Notes under the pieces: generated by a model
The model's input: only the letters and a program-made list of their open reading frames with translations
Told to the model about the DNA's origin: nothing
Databases searched by the model: none
DNA from: Candidatus Saccharimonadales bacterium
GTDB taxonomy: Bacteria; Patescibacteriota; Saccharimonadia; Saccharimonadales; DASZAF01
DNA: 64,000 bases
Assembly: GCA_035945435.1 (NCBI GenBank)
Contig: DASZAF010000024.1
Coordinates: 3,578 to 67,577, forward strand
Reading direction: 5' to 3'
In this document: one piece after another, positions 1-9,477 of the stretch
Layout of the letters: each line of letters begins with the position of its first letter
How positions within the stretch are numbered: the stretch's first letter is position 1
Translations under genes and position numbers: made by a program

Positions 1-728
1 TGGACACCTGTCAACTCATCATCATTTTCGGCAATAATCTGATTCGGATCGGAGTGGAACTTATCGGCGATCGACTGGGCCGTATCGCCGGAGGAGACGG
101 TGTAGACAACTCCGTTAACAGCTGGCACCCAGATCTGCTGGCCAGGGGTTAATGTATCTGAGGTTAGATCGTTAGCCCAACGGATGGTCTGGTCGGTCAA
201 TCCAAAAGCGGCCGCAACCGTAGCAGCTGAATCTCCCGGCCTGACGATATACTTATTGACCCCGAGCGGTAGACTCTGAGTAACGAGCTGGGGTTTGGTC
301 ACGTAGGTGTCCTGCGATTGGGCTAGAGCAGTCTTGACCGCTACTGTGTCGGCAACTTCTTTGACGTTGTTAACAACGAGCAGGTTGGCGCTGGTAGCCA
401 CGTTGGCAGCGGCAGTAACAGAGGCGACTTGGTCGACTGTTGGTGTCTGGCTACTGTTTTCAATAGCCATGACGATACCACTCTGGGAGGCACCATTCTG
501 AGATGGTTGATAGCCAAAAGCCAGGATTGTAACAACGACGAGAAAGAGGAGGCCATTCGATAAGACGGCTGGAGATTTTAGCTTTCTGACAAAGCCTAAG
601 AAGCCTGGAGAGCGTTTGGCGACAGCCTCGGGTACGTGCACTTTCTGCTGTACCTTCTGCAGCTGCTCTCTGGCAAATGTGGTGTCCACCCCTGGGGCGG
701 CCTTCTTCGGGCCTTTGATATCGAACAT
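1..728 (-). CDS. LysM peptidoglycan-binding domain protein; the 5' end and start codon lie inside the window at 726-728, and the C-terminus runs off the window start
   Basis: Manual minus-strand translation from ATG at 726-728 gives MFDIKGPKK..., a TM segment, then two LysM-like repeats (YIVRPGDSAATVAAAFGLTDQTIRWAND; YTVSSGDTAQSIADKFHSDPNQII). The ORF continues past coordinate 1. Confidence 0.6.
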   Translation of the reverse strand, partial: MFDIKGPKKAAPGVDTTFAREQLQKVQQKVHVPEAVAKRSPGFLGFVRKLKSPAVLSNGLLFLVVVTILAFGYQPSQNGASQSGIVMAIENSSQTPTVDQVASVTAAANVATSANLLVVNNVKEVADTVAVKTALAQSQDTYVTKPQLVTQSLPLGVNKYIVRPGDSAATVAAAFGLTDQTIRWANDLTSDTLTPGQQIWVPAVNGVVYTVSSGDTAQSIADKFHSDPNQIIAENDDELTGV

Positions 729-887
729 CTTCCTCTTTTGCGCCTATGCGCTTAGTTCAAGAGTGTTTTTGATCAATTTTTAATGTTTCAGTTTTTTAGC
801 GTTAGCTACACAAGCAGCAAACGCTTGGCTTATATTTTACTCGTTTCAGAGAGGCCAGTCAATCGACCGCAAGCATCTTCGTCCCTG

Positions 888-2009
888 TTATTGGCAGAGC
901 TTTGTGCAGTATTGTTGAGTGTTGGCTTGCTGCTGGGCCTGGGTATAGCTGAAGTGGAGCACCCCGTTGTCTCCGGCTACAAAATAGAGGTAGCTGGTGT
1001 TTGACGGGTTGGCGACTGCTTCAAGGGCAGCCAGGGAGATATTGCCGATCGGCCCCGGCGGTAGACCAGGATTGATCCGGGTGTTATACGGCGAGCTGAT
1101 GTTGAGATCCGGAGCGATACCTGCCAGATGTGATGCGTAGATGAAGGTGACGTCCGAACCAAGCGGCATATTGGCTTTAAGACGGGAGATAAAGACCTGG
1201 GCGACAGTCTGCTGGTCCTGATAGCTACTAGCCTCTTGTTGGACAACTGAAGCCAGCGTTATACCTTGGTAGAGCGTGAAGCCTTCGGTCTGAAGTTTGG
1301 GGATGATATCGTTTGCTTGGATCTGAGTATAGAAGTCGTCAAAAGACTTCTGGAGTAGTTGCTGGGGTGTCGTCTCAACGGTCAGCTCGTAGGTGTCCGG
1401 GAAGACATAGCCCTCAAGGCTTGTACCTGCCGGTTTGCCGGCAAAGAGTGGCCCGCTATACGAGCCTGCGAAAGCAGCCTGAACGGAGGAGCTACTAAAA
1501 CCTGCATCCTCAAAGCTCGACTCGATCTGGGTCAGGTACTTACCGGGTAGCAGGGTGATCTGGTAGGTGTCTACCTGGCCATTAACCATCATCGTCACCA
1601 TCCGTTGCACAGAGTAGCTCGGCGAAAAGAGATATGTCCCCGCCTGCAGTTCGGTTTTAGCCAGGCTGTGATCGACATACCACTTAAACGTCGTTGCATC
1701 GCGAATAAGCCCCTTGCTAGCAAGGAGATTGGCCACCTGCCCCGGACCATCACCCGCGACGACCGTAACCTGGACTCGTCTCGAGATGGATGAGACCGGC
1801 TTAAGACTGTCGTGGTACCAGTGGAGAGTATAGAGAGCGCTCCCGACGATGGCGACGATAACGATCGCAACAAAGACCACCAGAATAGTCAGTCGGCTTC
1901 GAACGATCCGTTGAACAAATCCGCCTGGTGACCACCCTTTCTTCTTGTGAGCCACTATATGGTTCGCTTCGTCCAGTATCGGATGTGGTCGGATCTTATT
2001 ATTCTGCAT
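888..2009 (-). CDS. mltG: endolytic murein transglycosylase MltG (YceG-like)
   Basis: 373-aa ORF. N-terminal TM, then YceG/MltG-like core (ELQAGTYLFSPSYS..., LASVVQQEA, GLPPGPIGN). Located directly downstream of ruvX, as in Firmicutes. Confidence 0.8.
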   Translation of the reverse strand: MQNNKIRPHPILDEANHIVAHKKKGWSPGGFVQRIVRSRLTILVVFVAIVIVAIVGSALYTLHWYHDSLKPVSSISRRVQVTVVAGDGPGQVANLLASKGLIRDATTFKWYVDHSLAKTELQAGTYLFSPSYSVQRMVTMMVNGQVDTYQITLLPGKYLTQIESSFEDAGFSSSSVQAAFAGSYSGPLFAGKPAGTSLEGYVFPDTYELTVETTPQQLLQKSFDDFYTQIQANDIIPKLQTEGFTLYQGITLASVVQQEASSYQDQQTVAQVFISRLKANMPLGSDVTFIYASHLAGIAPDLNISSPYNTRINPGLPPGPIGNISLAALEAVANPSNTSYLYFVAGDNGVLHFSYTQAQQQANTQQYCTKLCQ

Positions 2010-2012
2010 CAG

Positions 2013-2420
2013 CTAATCTCTCTGCTCTTCGAGGTAGTCACGCAGTATGTAGGCGGCGGCTAGTTTATCGACATCTTCTTTAGCATAGGGTTTGTTATGT
2101 TCCTTCAGGCTCTCTTCTGCGATAACAGAGGTCAGAGACTCATCCTGAAAGATAACATCCAGCCCTGCTTCCTTTAGCTTATCGGCAAACTGCCGAACGG
2201 TGGTCGTTTGGTTTGTCTCTTCGCCCTGTTGGTTCCTCGGCAGCCCGACAATAATGGCGTCGGCTTCTTTCTCACGGACCAGTCTCTTGATCTCATCGAC
2301 TACGTTTTCGCCAGCCTGAATCGTCACCAAAGGTACGGCTACTTGCGGATCAGCCGCCGTCCAGGCAATTCCGATCCTCTTCTGGCCGACATCAATCCCG
2401 AGCAGAGCTCGCCTAGCCAT
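2013..2420 (-). CDS. ruvX: Holliday-junction resolvase-like nuclease RuvX/YqgF
   Basis: 135-aa ORF. LGIDVGQKRIGIA N-terminal motif and EADAIIVGLP...QGEE core are typical of YqgF. Overlaps the upstream gene by 8 nt. Confidence 0.85.
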   Translation of the reverse strand: MARRALLGIDVGQKRIGIAWTAADPQVAVPLVTIQAGENVVDEIKRLVREKEADAIIVGLPRNQQGEETNQTTTVRQFADKLKEAGLDVIFQDESLTSVIAEESLKEHNKPYAKEDVDKLAAAYILRDYLEEQRD

Positions 2421-4095
2421 GCGCCACTTGTAGCTTTATCGATGTCTTGGACGGTTTGGGTACCTGTGTCACCCAGAAGGGCGAGTAGTGAACTTGGACC
2501 GATTTCACACCTGGCAGAGCCGTAACAGTAGCCTGAACCTGGCCTTCTTTGTCACCCTGAAGTTCTTTAGCAAGCTGAGCTATGTCGATATGTGGGCCTA
2601 TGTAGCCGGTTGCTGTGAACTGGGCAGTAGCCGTGGTTGGGTTTGAACTCGAGGGCTTACCTGTCACACTGACCGATAAGTGGCTAAAACCATTATTGAT
2701 GACACCCTGTTGAGACTTATTGGTAATTAGACTATTGAAGTAAGACGTCAGGACGGCGTTAATGTCGGTATTACTCATGCCAAGCATATAATATGTCACT
2801 GGTATTGTGACCGTCGCGTTACTGGCCTGCTGGCCGACTGCAGGAGAGCTGGTCGGCGTACCGTATTTGGCGATGAAACTGTCTTTGAGTACCCAGGTAT
2901 TTGCGTCAAATTCACCTGCCAACTGGCTTTCAACGCTGGAGTCACTTTGGCTCTCAAGTGCAGCGATAGCGGTGTTGAGATCAGATTGCTGAATGATAGT
3001 AACGGTCTGTGGCGTCGTACCACCTGAGGCCTGGCCGTAACCTACAACATAGGTGCCATTTGGATCGCCATTGAACACAAAATCTTGGGCACTGCTCATG
3101 TTGTAGTTAGTTCCTAAAGCTGTTGCCTGCACAGACACACCCGAGAGAGTACCGGCATGCCCACCTGGACTCGGCGAACAACCAGAAGACGGACCAGTGT
3201 AGCCAGGGATTGTGTATGACTGAGTGGTTGTATAATCTAAGCCGTTGACGCTGAAAACGCTACCACTACCGAGTGAAAAAGTATTCGGGGATTGATCCTC
3301 GCATTGATAGACTGTAATCGTACCAGTCGCCGGAGTTCCTATGGTCTTCGAGCCGGTACCGTTAAACGTCTTCGACAGAGTCGTCTGATCTTGTCTGACA
3401 ATTGGCTGTATCTCTCGACTGGTGGCATTCGTACTGTTGTTCTGATCCAGATTAACGGCAAATGACCCGTTCTTAGCACTAGCTGCTGCCTGGATAGTAA
3501 TTGTGGCATGTGGCGCATAGGCAAAGGCCCAAACCAAAAAGATGATCAAGACTACGAGACCCGCAGCGCCCAGAATTATCCACTTACGGAACTTCTCGAA
3601 ATTAGGGATCTTTATCCCACCATGGCCTTTACTCTTAGTTGGCTGTTTCGAGGCCGGTTTTCGGTCCCCGATAACATCGTCAGCAGCCGTCAGACCGGCG
3701 GCTTTACTGGCGGCATCCGCCTTATTCGGCGTGACCGGTTTAGGGCTCTCGTCGTCTTTCTTAGGAGTTCTAACTTCACCCTCGATAACCTCAGATTCGT
3801 TCTTAAGCGACTCGTTGGCTGGAACAATTTCAGGGCGGGATTGAAGATCGTGAGCGATCGGTATACCAAGGCCGGCGGTAAGAGCAGAGAGCGCTTGATC
3901 GCCCGTAATAAGAACGATTCGCTTATTAGCGGCGTCACCTGCTTTTTTGAGCAACTTAAGGTTAACTACGCTCTGCAGAACACCCACCCGTCGAGGTGGG
4001 ACAAGGGCTACGATGTTCTCTTTGGCATTCTTGATCTTACCGATTATCGCGGTAATATCGTCTTCGACATCGATGTAGATGACATCTTTTTTCAT
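2413..4095 (-). CDS. hypothetical membrane protein: ~100-aa cytoplasmic N-domain, Lys/Pro-rich linker, single TM, large Ser/Thr/Gly-rich extracytoplasmic domain
   Basis: 560-aa ORF. Start overlaps the ftsA stop by 4 nt and its stop overlaps ruvX, so translational coupling in a division/cell-wall operon is inferred. TM at WIILGAAGLVVLIIFLVWAF. No family recognised. Confidence 0.55.
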   Translation of the reverse strand: MKKDVIYIDVEDDITAIIGKIKNAKENIVALVPPRRVGVLQSVVNLKLLKKAGDAANKRIVLITGDQALSALTAGLGIPIAHDLQSRPEIVPANESLKNESEVIEGEVRTPKKDDESPKPVTPNKADAASKAAGLTAADDVIGDRKPASKQPTKSKGHGGIKIPNFEKFRKWIILGAAGLVVLIIFLVWAFAYAPHATITIQAAASAKNGSFAVNLDQNNSTNATSREIQPIVRQDQTTLSKTFNGTGSKTIGTPATGTITVYQCEDQSPNTFSLGSGSVFSVNGLDYTTTQSYTIPGYTGPSSGCSPSPGGHAGTLSGVSVQATALGTNYNMSSAQDFVFNGDPNGTYVVGYGQASGGTTPQTVTIIQQSDLNTAIAALESQSDSSVESQLAGEFDANTWVLKDSFIAKYGTPTSSPAVGQQASNATVTIPVTYYMLGMSNTDINAVLTSYFNSLITNKSQQGVINNGFSHLSVSVTGKPSSSNPTTATAQFTATGYIGPHIDIAQLAKELQGDKEGQVQATVTALPGVKSVQVHYSPFWVTQVPKPSKTSIKLQVAHG

Positions 4096-5384
4096 ATCCT
4101 GAGCATTCGATTGAGCTTATCCTTCAGGGAGTCGGCTGCTTCACCGGTACCTACCATCGTATCATAACCGACCCTGAGAAGACCCATGGCTGTAACGAAC
4201 GTATGATCGCCCGCCTTACCTGTTGAATCCTTAATGCCAGCCACCTGTTCGGGCGTAATTCTCTGTATCGTCGGCTCACGCGTAAAGGGCAGATCCTTAT
4301 ACCATTTGGTCTCTTTTAGGACATGAACGAGCGGCTGTAGACTAGCGCCACCGCCACAGAGCAGAACGTGGTTCGGTAAGTGGTCGATGGCATCGAATTC
4401 GCTGAGGGCTAGCTCAACTCCGTCGATCCAGACATCTAATGTCTTGGTGAGTGCTTTTAGGACCTTGGCCTTATCTGCCCCATTCATCTCGTCTTTATCG
4501 GTCAGGCCGACCTTGAGCATCTCCGCTCGATTGTAGTCGATATCCATCTCGGTCGCGATGGTCTTAGTAAAAGCGCGGCCTCCGATACCAAATGACTTGG
4601 TGCCTTCGACACCACCGTCGTTGATAACAGCGACGTCGCTTGTCCCACCACCGATATCGATTACGACTGAGCTAAAATTACTGCTCGCATCCGTACCAAG
4701 AAGTGAACGGGCCACGGCAAACGGTTCAGCGGCTACGGCTATGAGATCGAGATCAAGCTCTGAGGCAGTTCGCTCCAGTGCACCGATATGAACCATTGGG
4801 GCGAAAGCGGTATAGATTTGGATTGCCACGTCTTTACCCTGGAAACCGATCGGATTGCTGACTTTGTAGCTGTCGATGTGGATACTGACGATCGCGCTGT
4901 TAACGAGTTTGATCTCGACGTCTTCGTTGCCCGTCTCCCAGGCTACCAACTTGCGGACTTTGTCGTGGGCTCGCTCTTGGACCTTCTCGATGATGAACTC
5001 CATCTCGTCCATATCGAGCGGTTTGTCGGGTTCGGCGCGCTTGTATCTAATCGTATGTGTCAGTCCCTTGACCAGCTCGCCGGCTACTCCGACGACCGCC
5101 TGACGGACAGTCATCCCAGCCTGCTGCTCGGCATCGCCAAGAGCCTGTTCGCAGTTTCGGACGACGGCGGCAATATCGGCGATAGCACCTGAATGCATAT
5201 CGTCGAGGCCTTGGTGAGCTTTGCCGGCACCAATAATCTCAATCGATTCCCCATCGATCCGGGCGATAAGAACTTTGACATATTCGGTTCCGATGTCGAG
5301 AGCAACAACATGTGCTCCGTCAGCACCTTTGCCGCCATTCGAAGGAATCGCTTTCTTCAGCTTGCCGAGAATCATCAGGGTCAT
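4092..5384 (-). CDS. ftsA: cell division protein FtsA (actin-like ATPase)
   Basis: 430-aa ORF. VALDIGTEYVKVLIA phosphate-1 motif, VIDIGGGTSDVAV, GGRAFTKTIA, LCGGGASL, and a C-terminal amphipathic helix LKDKLNRMLRI typical of the FtsA membrane-targeting tail. Confidence 0.8.
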   Translation of the reverse strand: MTLMILGKLKKAIPSNGGKGADGAHVVALDIGTEYVKVLIARIDGESIEIIGAGKAHQGLDDMHSGAIADIAAVVRNCEQALGDAEQQAGMTVRQAVVGVAGELVKGLTHTIRYKRAEPDKPLDMDEMEFIIEKVQERAHDKVRKLVAWETGNEDVEIKLVNSAIVSIHIDSYKVSNPIGFQGKDVAIQIYTAFAPMVHIGALERTASELDLDLIAVAAEPFAVARSLLGTDASSNFSSVVIDIGGGTSDVAVINDGGVEGTKSFGIGGRAFTKTIATEMDIDYNRAEMLKVGLTDKDEMNGADKAKVLKALTKTLDVWIDGVELALSEFDAIDHLPNHVLLCGGGASLQPLVHVLKETKWYKDLPFTREPTIQRITPEQVAGIKDSTGKAGDHTFVTAMGLLRVGYDTMVGTGEAADSLKDKLNRMLRI

Positions 5385-5466
5385 TATACATCACCCCGCC
5401 TATTTTGTTTACGCTTGTACAAAGTGATGCGTACAGAGAAAGATCCAGAACATTGTAAGCGGCTAC

Positions 5467-6159
5467 TTAGGGATGGAGCATAAGACTAACTCCACCAATA
5501 CCTTGAGCATAGGCCGCCCTGGCCACATTCCTTGCTTCACTGCTTGCTCCATCAGCCTCTGGCGACCAGGCGGACATGACAGCGAGGCTGCCAGAATCCG
5601 CAGTAAGCCCTGTGGCCCCGACAAAACCAACTCCACGTAATCGTTCAGCAGTCCTGACACCCACTTCGTCGCCATATATCTCAGTCGACAGAGCCGAGGC
5701 ACCTCCACCGAACGCAGCCGCCATACCCCCGAGCACGGCAACCTGCGCAACTCGCTCCAGCTGCGGAGCCTTGAGACGTTCTCGTGGGAGAAGATGTCCT
5801 TGCATGCCGAAGAGACAGACGTCAAGTTGAGGATCACCGTCGTCGACCTCGTGGAGGCGCGCTACTCCGAGCGGTTCGTCAGGCCTACAATCGACATCAG
5901 GCTCAACGATCGTAACAGCCCAGAGTCTAGCTGAAGCCTTACCTAATTCACGGATTCTCCTCGTAAGAAATTCGAGAGTGCGTCCTCTCGAAACAAAGAG
6001 AGGCCACTCCCCTGAGACATGCAGACAGTCGGCCATCGCTGTTGGCACGACTTTGTCCCACCACGCATACTTGGCGACGGCAGTTGACAGCCACACGCGA
6101 TAGCCTTCAGTTGTATCGACTATCGCTATTTCTGGAGAAAAGGATGCGGTTTTAGTCAT
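5467..6159 (-). CDS. hypothetical protein, tandem paralog B of GC-rich island (possible acyl-CoA N-acyltransferase-like fold, low confidence)
   Basis: 230-aa ORF, Ala/Gly/Arg-rich, GC well above window average. Aligns to the upstream ORF (L...RG.....L.R...........WAV; D.QLD..LFG..G; ...VGF). Its start ATG overlaps the upstream stop (TAATG). Confidence 0.5.
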   Translation of the reverse strand: MTKTASFSPEIAIVDTTEGYRVWLSTAVAKYAWWDKVVPTAMADCLHVSGEWPLFVSRGRTLEFLTRRIRELGKASARLWAVTIVEPDVDCRPDEPLGVARLHEVDDGDPQLDVCLFGMQGHLLPRERLKAPQLERVAQVAVLGGMAAAFGGGASALSTEIYGDEVGVRTAERLRGVGFVGATGLTADSGSLAVMSAWSPEADGASSEARNVARAAYAQGIGGVSLMLHP

Positions 6160-6854
6160 TACGCCCGAGGTTCAAAGCTAGTTCGTTCGCTAAAGGCTCG
6201 CCAGGCTGCGAGGCTGCGTTCACCAACCCTCCGTTCTGCCGCTGTCCGCGCTAAGCCTGCGGGTAAAACTACCAGCTCACATTGACGGTGACTGGGGTCG
6301 CCTAAATACCAATCGGTATTTTGCTCGGTTCTTGTAGGTCTGAAGCCGACTTCATCAAGCATGTGGGCCGCGTGGTATCCTGGAAGGCCGTCACCGTACT
6401 GACTCTGGACAACATGCGTGCCATTCCTACGAGATATTTCAGCCAAACCTCCGATGGCTCGCATGGCCACCTGAACCTTCGCCTCGTCATCAAGCCCTTC
6501 TATACCGAAGAGGGCAAGATCCAGTTGGTCGTTGACTACCTCATCCGCATCTGACGCAAGTCGTAGCCTGCCAATGCCGATAAGCTGACGGCCTGCTCTC
6601 CCACGGTCCATCTGAACTGCCCATGCACCCACTCCTAGTGACGCAAAACCATCCACGGCTCTACTCAGTAGCCTCGCTGATTCACCCCGCTCCCAAAGTG
6701 AGGCCACGCTACCTGCCTGCATCCAACATTCATCAGGTTGTCCAGGGAATTCTGCCGCACTCCAGTCGAGATCACTTTCGGCATGCCGGACTAGATGCAC
6801 GCCTGGACCGTCTAGCGAGCTGCCTTCAACCAACAATCTAGTTTCTAGGGACAT
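6159..6854 (-). CDS. hypothetical protein, tandem paralog A of GC-rich island (possible GNAT-like, low confidence)
   Basis: 231-aa ORF. Shares motifs with 5467..6159 (DQLDLALFGIEG versus PQLDVCLFGMQG; C-terminal ...LDEVGF versus ...LRGVGF). High GC relative to flanks. Confidence 0.5.
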   Translation of the reverse strand: MSLETRLLVEGSSLDGPGVHLVRHAESDLDWSAAEFPGQPDECWMQAGSVASLWERGESARLLSRAVDGFASLGVGAWAVQMDRGRAGRQLIGIGRLRLASDADEVVNDQLDLALFGIEGLDDEAKVQVAMRAIGGLAEISRRNGTHVVQSQYGDGLPGYHAAHMLDEVGFRPTRTEQNTDWYLGDPSHRQCELVVLPAGLARTAAERRVGERSLAAWRAFSERTSFEPRA

Positions 6855-6935
6855 ACTTTTCTCATTACCTTCCTCGCACCCGTTTAAGCAATCTTAAACC
6901 TATACTAGCTGTCCTGTCCAGTATAGAGTCTGGTT

Positions 6936-8978
6936 TCAAACGAGTGCGGCTTTGATCCGACGGACGCCGGCCGACGACGATTCCTCTTTGAGGATCTTGA
7001 ATCTCTTACCACCTTCGGCAAGCTCAGAAGTGTTATCGACATGAGGACCACCACAAATCTCAAAGCTAAATGGCTTCTCTTCTCCATCAGCTTTCATCGT
7101 ATAAACCTTGACCTTCTCACCATACTTATCGCCAAATGCACCCATCGCACCACGCTTGAACGCTTCATCAGTCGGCAGTTCCTCCCAAGTGACGGTCAGG
7201 CTCTTTTTGATCTGCTCGTTAACAATCTCTTCAATCTTGGCAATCTCTTCGGGAGTTACCTTCTCAGGATGACTAAAATCAAAACGGAGACGCTCCTCAG
7301 TAATGTTGCTGCCACGCTGGATGACATGGTCGCCAAGTACCAGACGCAAAGCTTTGTACATGAGGTGTGTCGCAGAGTGGTACTTACGATGCATGTCACT
7401 GCGGCCTTCGAGGCCGCCCTTGAATTGGCCTTTGAAAGCTGTCCGGCTGCGTTCTTTCTGAGCATCCATGGCATGCATGAAGTCGTGCTGCCAGTTCGGA
7501 GCGATCTTCACTTTATGACGACCAGCCTCTTCGAGGCTCAGCTCAGTCGGGAAACCATAGGTGTCATAGAGTTTAAAGACCGTCTCGCCATCAAGCTCAG
7601 TTTTGCCCTGTAGCTCTCGTTCAAAGTGTCTGACGCCTGCCTGAAGCGTCTGGCGGAAGAGTTTCTCTTCCTTAACAAGCGCATCAATGATCTGTTGCTT
7701 ATTGGAAGTTACCTCCGGGTAATCCTTCTCGTAGAGACTGACAACGACTGGGACGACTTTTTCAAGTAGGCCGTTGTCGACGTTGAGATCAAAGGCAAAA
7801 CGAACAGCCCTGCGGATCAGACGTCGCAGGACATATCCCTGCTCGTTATTGCTTGGTAGAACACCATCAACAACCAAGAAGACTGCACCTCGTAGGTGGT
7901 CGGCAATTACTCTCATTGAGGCTTCATTACCGAGATACATATGACCAGTCAGTTTCTCAAGTTCCTGGATGATCGGCCAGAGGAGACTGATCCTAAACAT
8001 ATCTCCACTGCCTTCTGCGGCTTGAGAGATACGTTCCAGCCCACCACCAAAGTCAACATTACCGGCGGGCAGTTTTTCGAAGCTATCGGCAGCGAAACCA
8101 CCGTTAACCCGCTTGTAGGTCATAAAAACGCTGTTACCTACCTCAACGTAACGGCCACAGTCACAGTTTGGGTGACAGTGCTCTCCATAGGCCGGATCGT
8201 GTGGTATGTGCTCAAAGAGGTAGAAGACTTCGCTGGTCGGCCCACAAGGGTCGCCAACTGGCGTTGTCTTCTCGGGGCCACCACGGCTCCACCAGTTCTT
8301 CTTACCGTCATAGTAAAAGATCCGCTCACCATCCTTGACCCCCCGGGCCGCCCCATCAGTCTCTGAGCCAAGGTCTGCCTCAAGTGCATCGATCCCCTTT
8401 TCCTTGAAAAGTCGTTTCCATATCTCGCTGGACTCTTTATCCCGAGGAATTTCAAGCCTTTCGTTGCCTATATAGCATGTGACGTAAATCTTCTGAGGAT
8501 CAAGACCAACAACCACGGTTAAGAATTCAAAGAACCATGGTAACTGTTCTTTCTTAAAGTAGTCACCGAGACTCCAGTTGCCAAGCATCTCAAAGAACGT
8601 GGTGTGACGATTATCCCCTATTTCCTCTATATCCTCGGCCCGAAAGCATGTCTGTGAGTCAGCAATGCGCTTACCTTCCGGGTGTGGTGCACCTAGTAGG
8701 TACGGCACCATAGGCTGCATACCGCTCCCAGTAAAGAGGGTGGTCGGATCGTCCTGCGGGACGAGATTGGCTCGTGGAATAATGACGTGCTGCCTGTCTT
8801 TTACGAACTTTAAGTACGCAGCACGGATCTCTTCAGCTTTCATACGGTCATAGTATACCTTAGCCAACAGATAGCATAAAGGGGTATAATGGGTGTATGA
8901 GTGAGAGACATTTGAGAATTGTCGGTGAACAAGATGGTGAAGTAGATCTGCAAGAACGCCAGCCGAGAGATTCGACAT
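6936..8978 (-). CDS. alaS: alanine--tRNA ligase, short form lacking the C-terminal C-Ala domain
   Basis: 680-aa ORF. FTGSGMQPMVPY (class II motif region), editing-domain HSATHLMYKALRLVLGDHV and CGGPHV motifs. Confidence 0.9.
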   Translation of the reverse strand: MSNLSAGVLADLLHHLVHRQFSNVSHSYTHYTPLCYLLAKVYYDRMKAEEIRAAYLKFVKDRQHVIIPRANLVPQDDPTTLFTGSGMQPMVPYLLGAPHPEGKRIADSQTCFRAEDIEEIGDNRHTTFFEMLGNWSLGDYFKKEQLPWFFEFLTVVVGLDPQKIYVTCYIGNERLEIPRDKESSEIWKRLFKEKGIDALEADLGSETDGAARGVKDGERIFYYDGKKNWWSRGGPEKTTPVGDPCGPTSEVFYLFEHIPHDPAYGEHCHPNCDCGRYVEVGNSVFMTYKRVNGGFAADSFEKLPAGNVDFGGGLERISQAAEGSGDMFRISLLWPIIQELEKLTGHMYLGNEASMRVIADHLRGAVFLVVDGVLPSNNEQGYVLRRLIRRAVRFAFDLNVDNGLLEKVVPVVVSLYEKDYPEVTSNKQQIIDALVKEEKLFRQTLQAGVRHFERELQGKTELDGETVFKLYDTYGFPTELSLEEAGRHKVKIAPNWQHDFMHAMDAQKERSRTAFKGQFKGGLEGRSDMHRKYHSATHLMYKALRLVLGDHVIQRGSNITEERLRFDFSHPEKVTPEEIAKIEEIVNEQIKKSLTVTWEELPTDEAFKRGAMGAFGDKYGEKVKVYTMKADGEEKPFSFEICGGPHVDNTSELAEGGKRFKILKEESSSAGVRRIKAALV

Positions 8979-9168
8979 GGACCAGCATAGCTGGTCTTGT
9001 CAGAGCCGTGGTTGGAGGCCCGAGACTGGTGGGCGAAGCCAGTCCAAGTGACAGATGGCGAGGCACAGGTGGCACGGGTAACTACGATCAAACCATTGCT
9101 GTCATAGCTGGACGCGAAGCTGATCCGTCACCGCTGGCAAGACGCCTTAGGATTGTGGACGAACTATA

Positions 9169-9477
9169 ATGACCCAGTACCATGAAAATCAACCTGGTCC
9201 AGATGGAGAACCGGGTATTGAGTCGCAGCCCGGGCTTGTTGGAAGGATAGTCCAAGTTAATGAAGATACATATCTTATATACCCGCCCGGTGGTGGCAAT
9301 CCTGAAGAAGTTTCCGCAGAAGAGCTGATGGGTGCCGATATGATGTACGGAGATGGAATGCTTGGACTCAGATTGAGAGGAATTGGTCGAGCCGCAGCTG
9401 GTGCGGGCGATGAAGAGGAGCCACGACCGAGAATGACTATAGTTAATATGCCTGGTACGGATGAGCCGTATCTCTAG
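9169..9477 (+). CDS. hypothetical acidic protein
   Basis: 102-aa ORF, convergent with mnmA. No recognisable domain. Confidence 0.35.
   Translation: MTQYHENQPGPDGEPGIESQPGLVGRIVQVNEDTYLIYPPGGGNPEEVSAEELMGADMMYGDGMLGLRLRGIGRAAAGAGDEEEPRPRMTIVNMPGTDEPYL

Noticed and set aside
8979-9168. Possible T-box leader for alaS (ggtggcacggg resembles the T-box core)
   Set aside because: The motif is on the plus strand while alaS is on the minus strand, the match is partial, and the region is covered by a plus-strand ORF.
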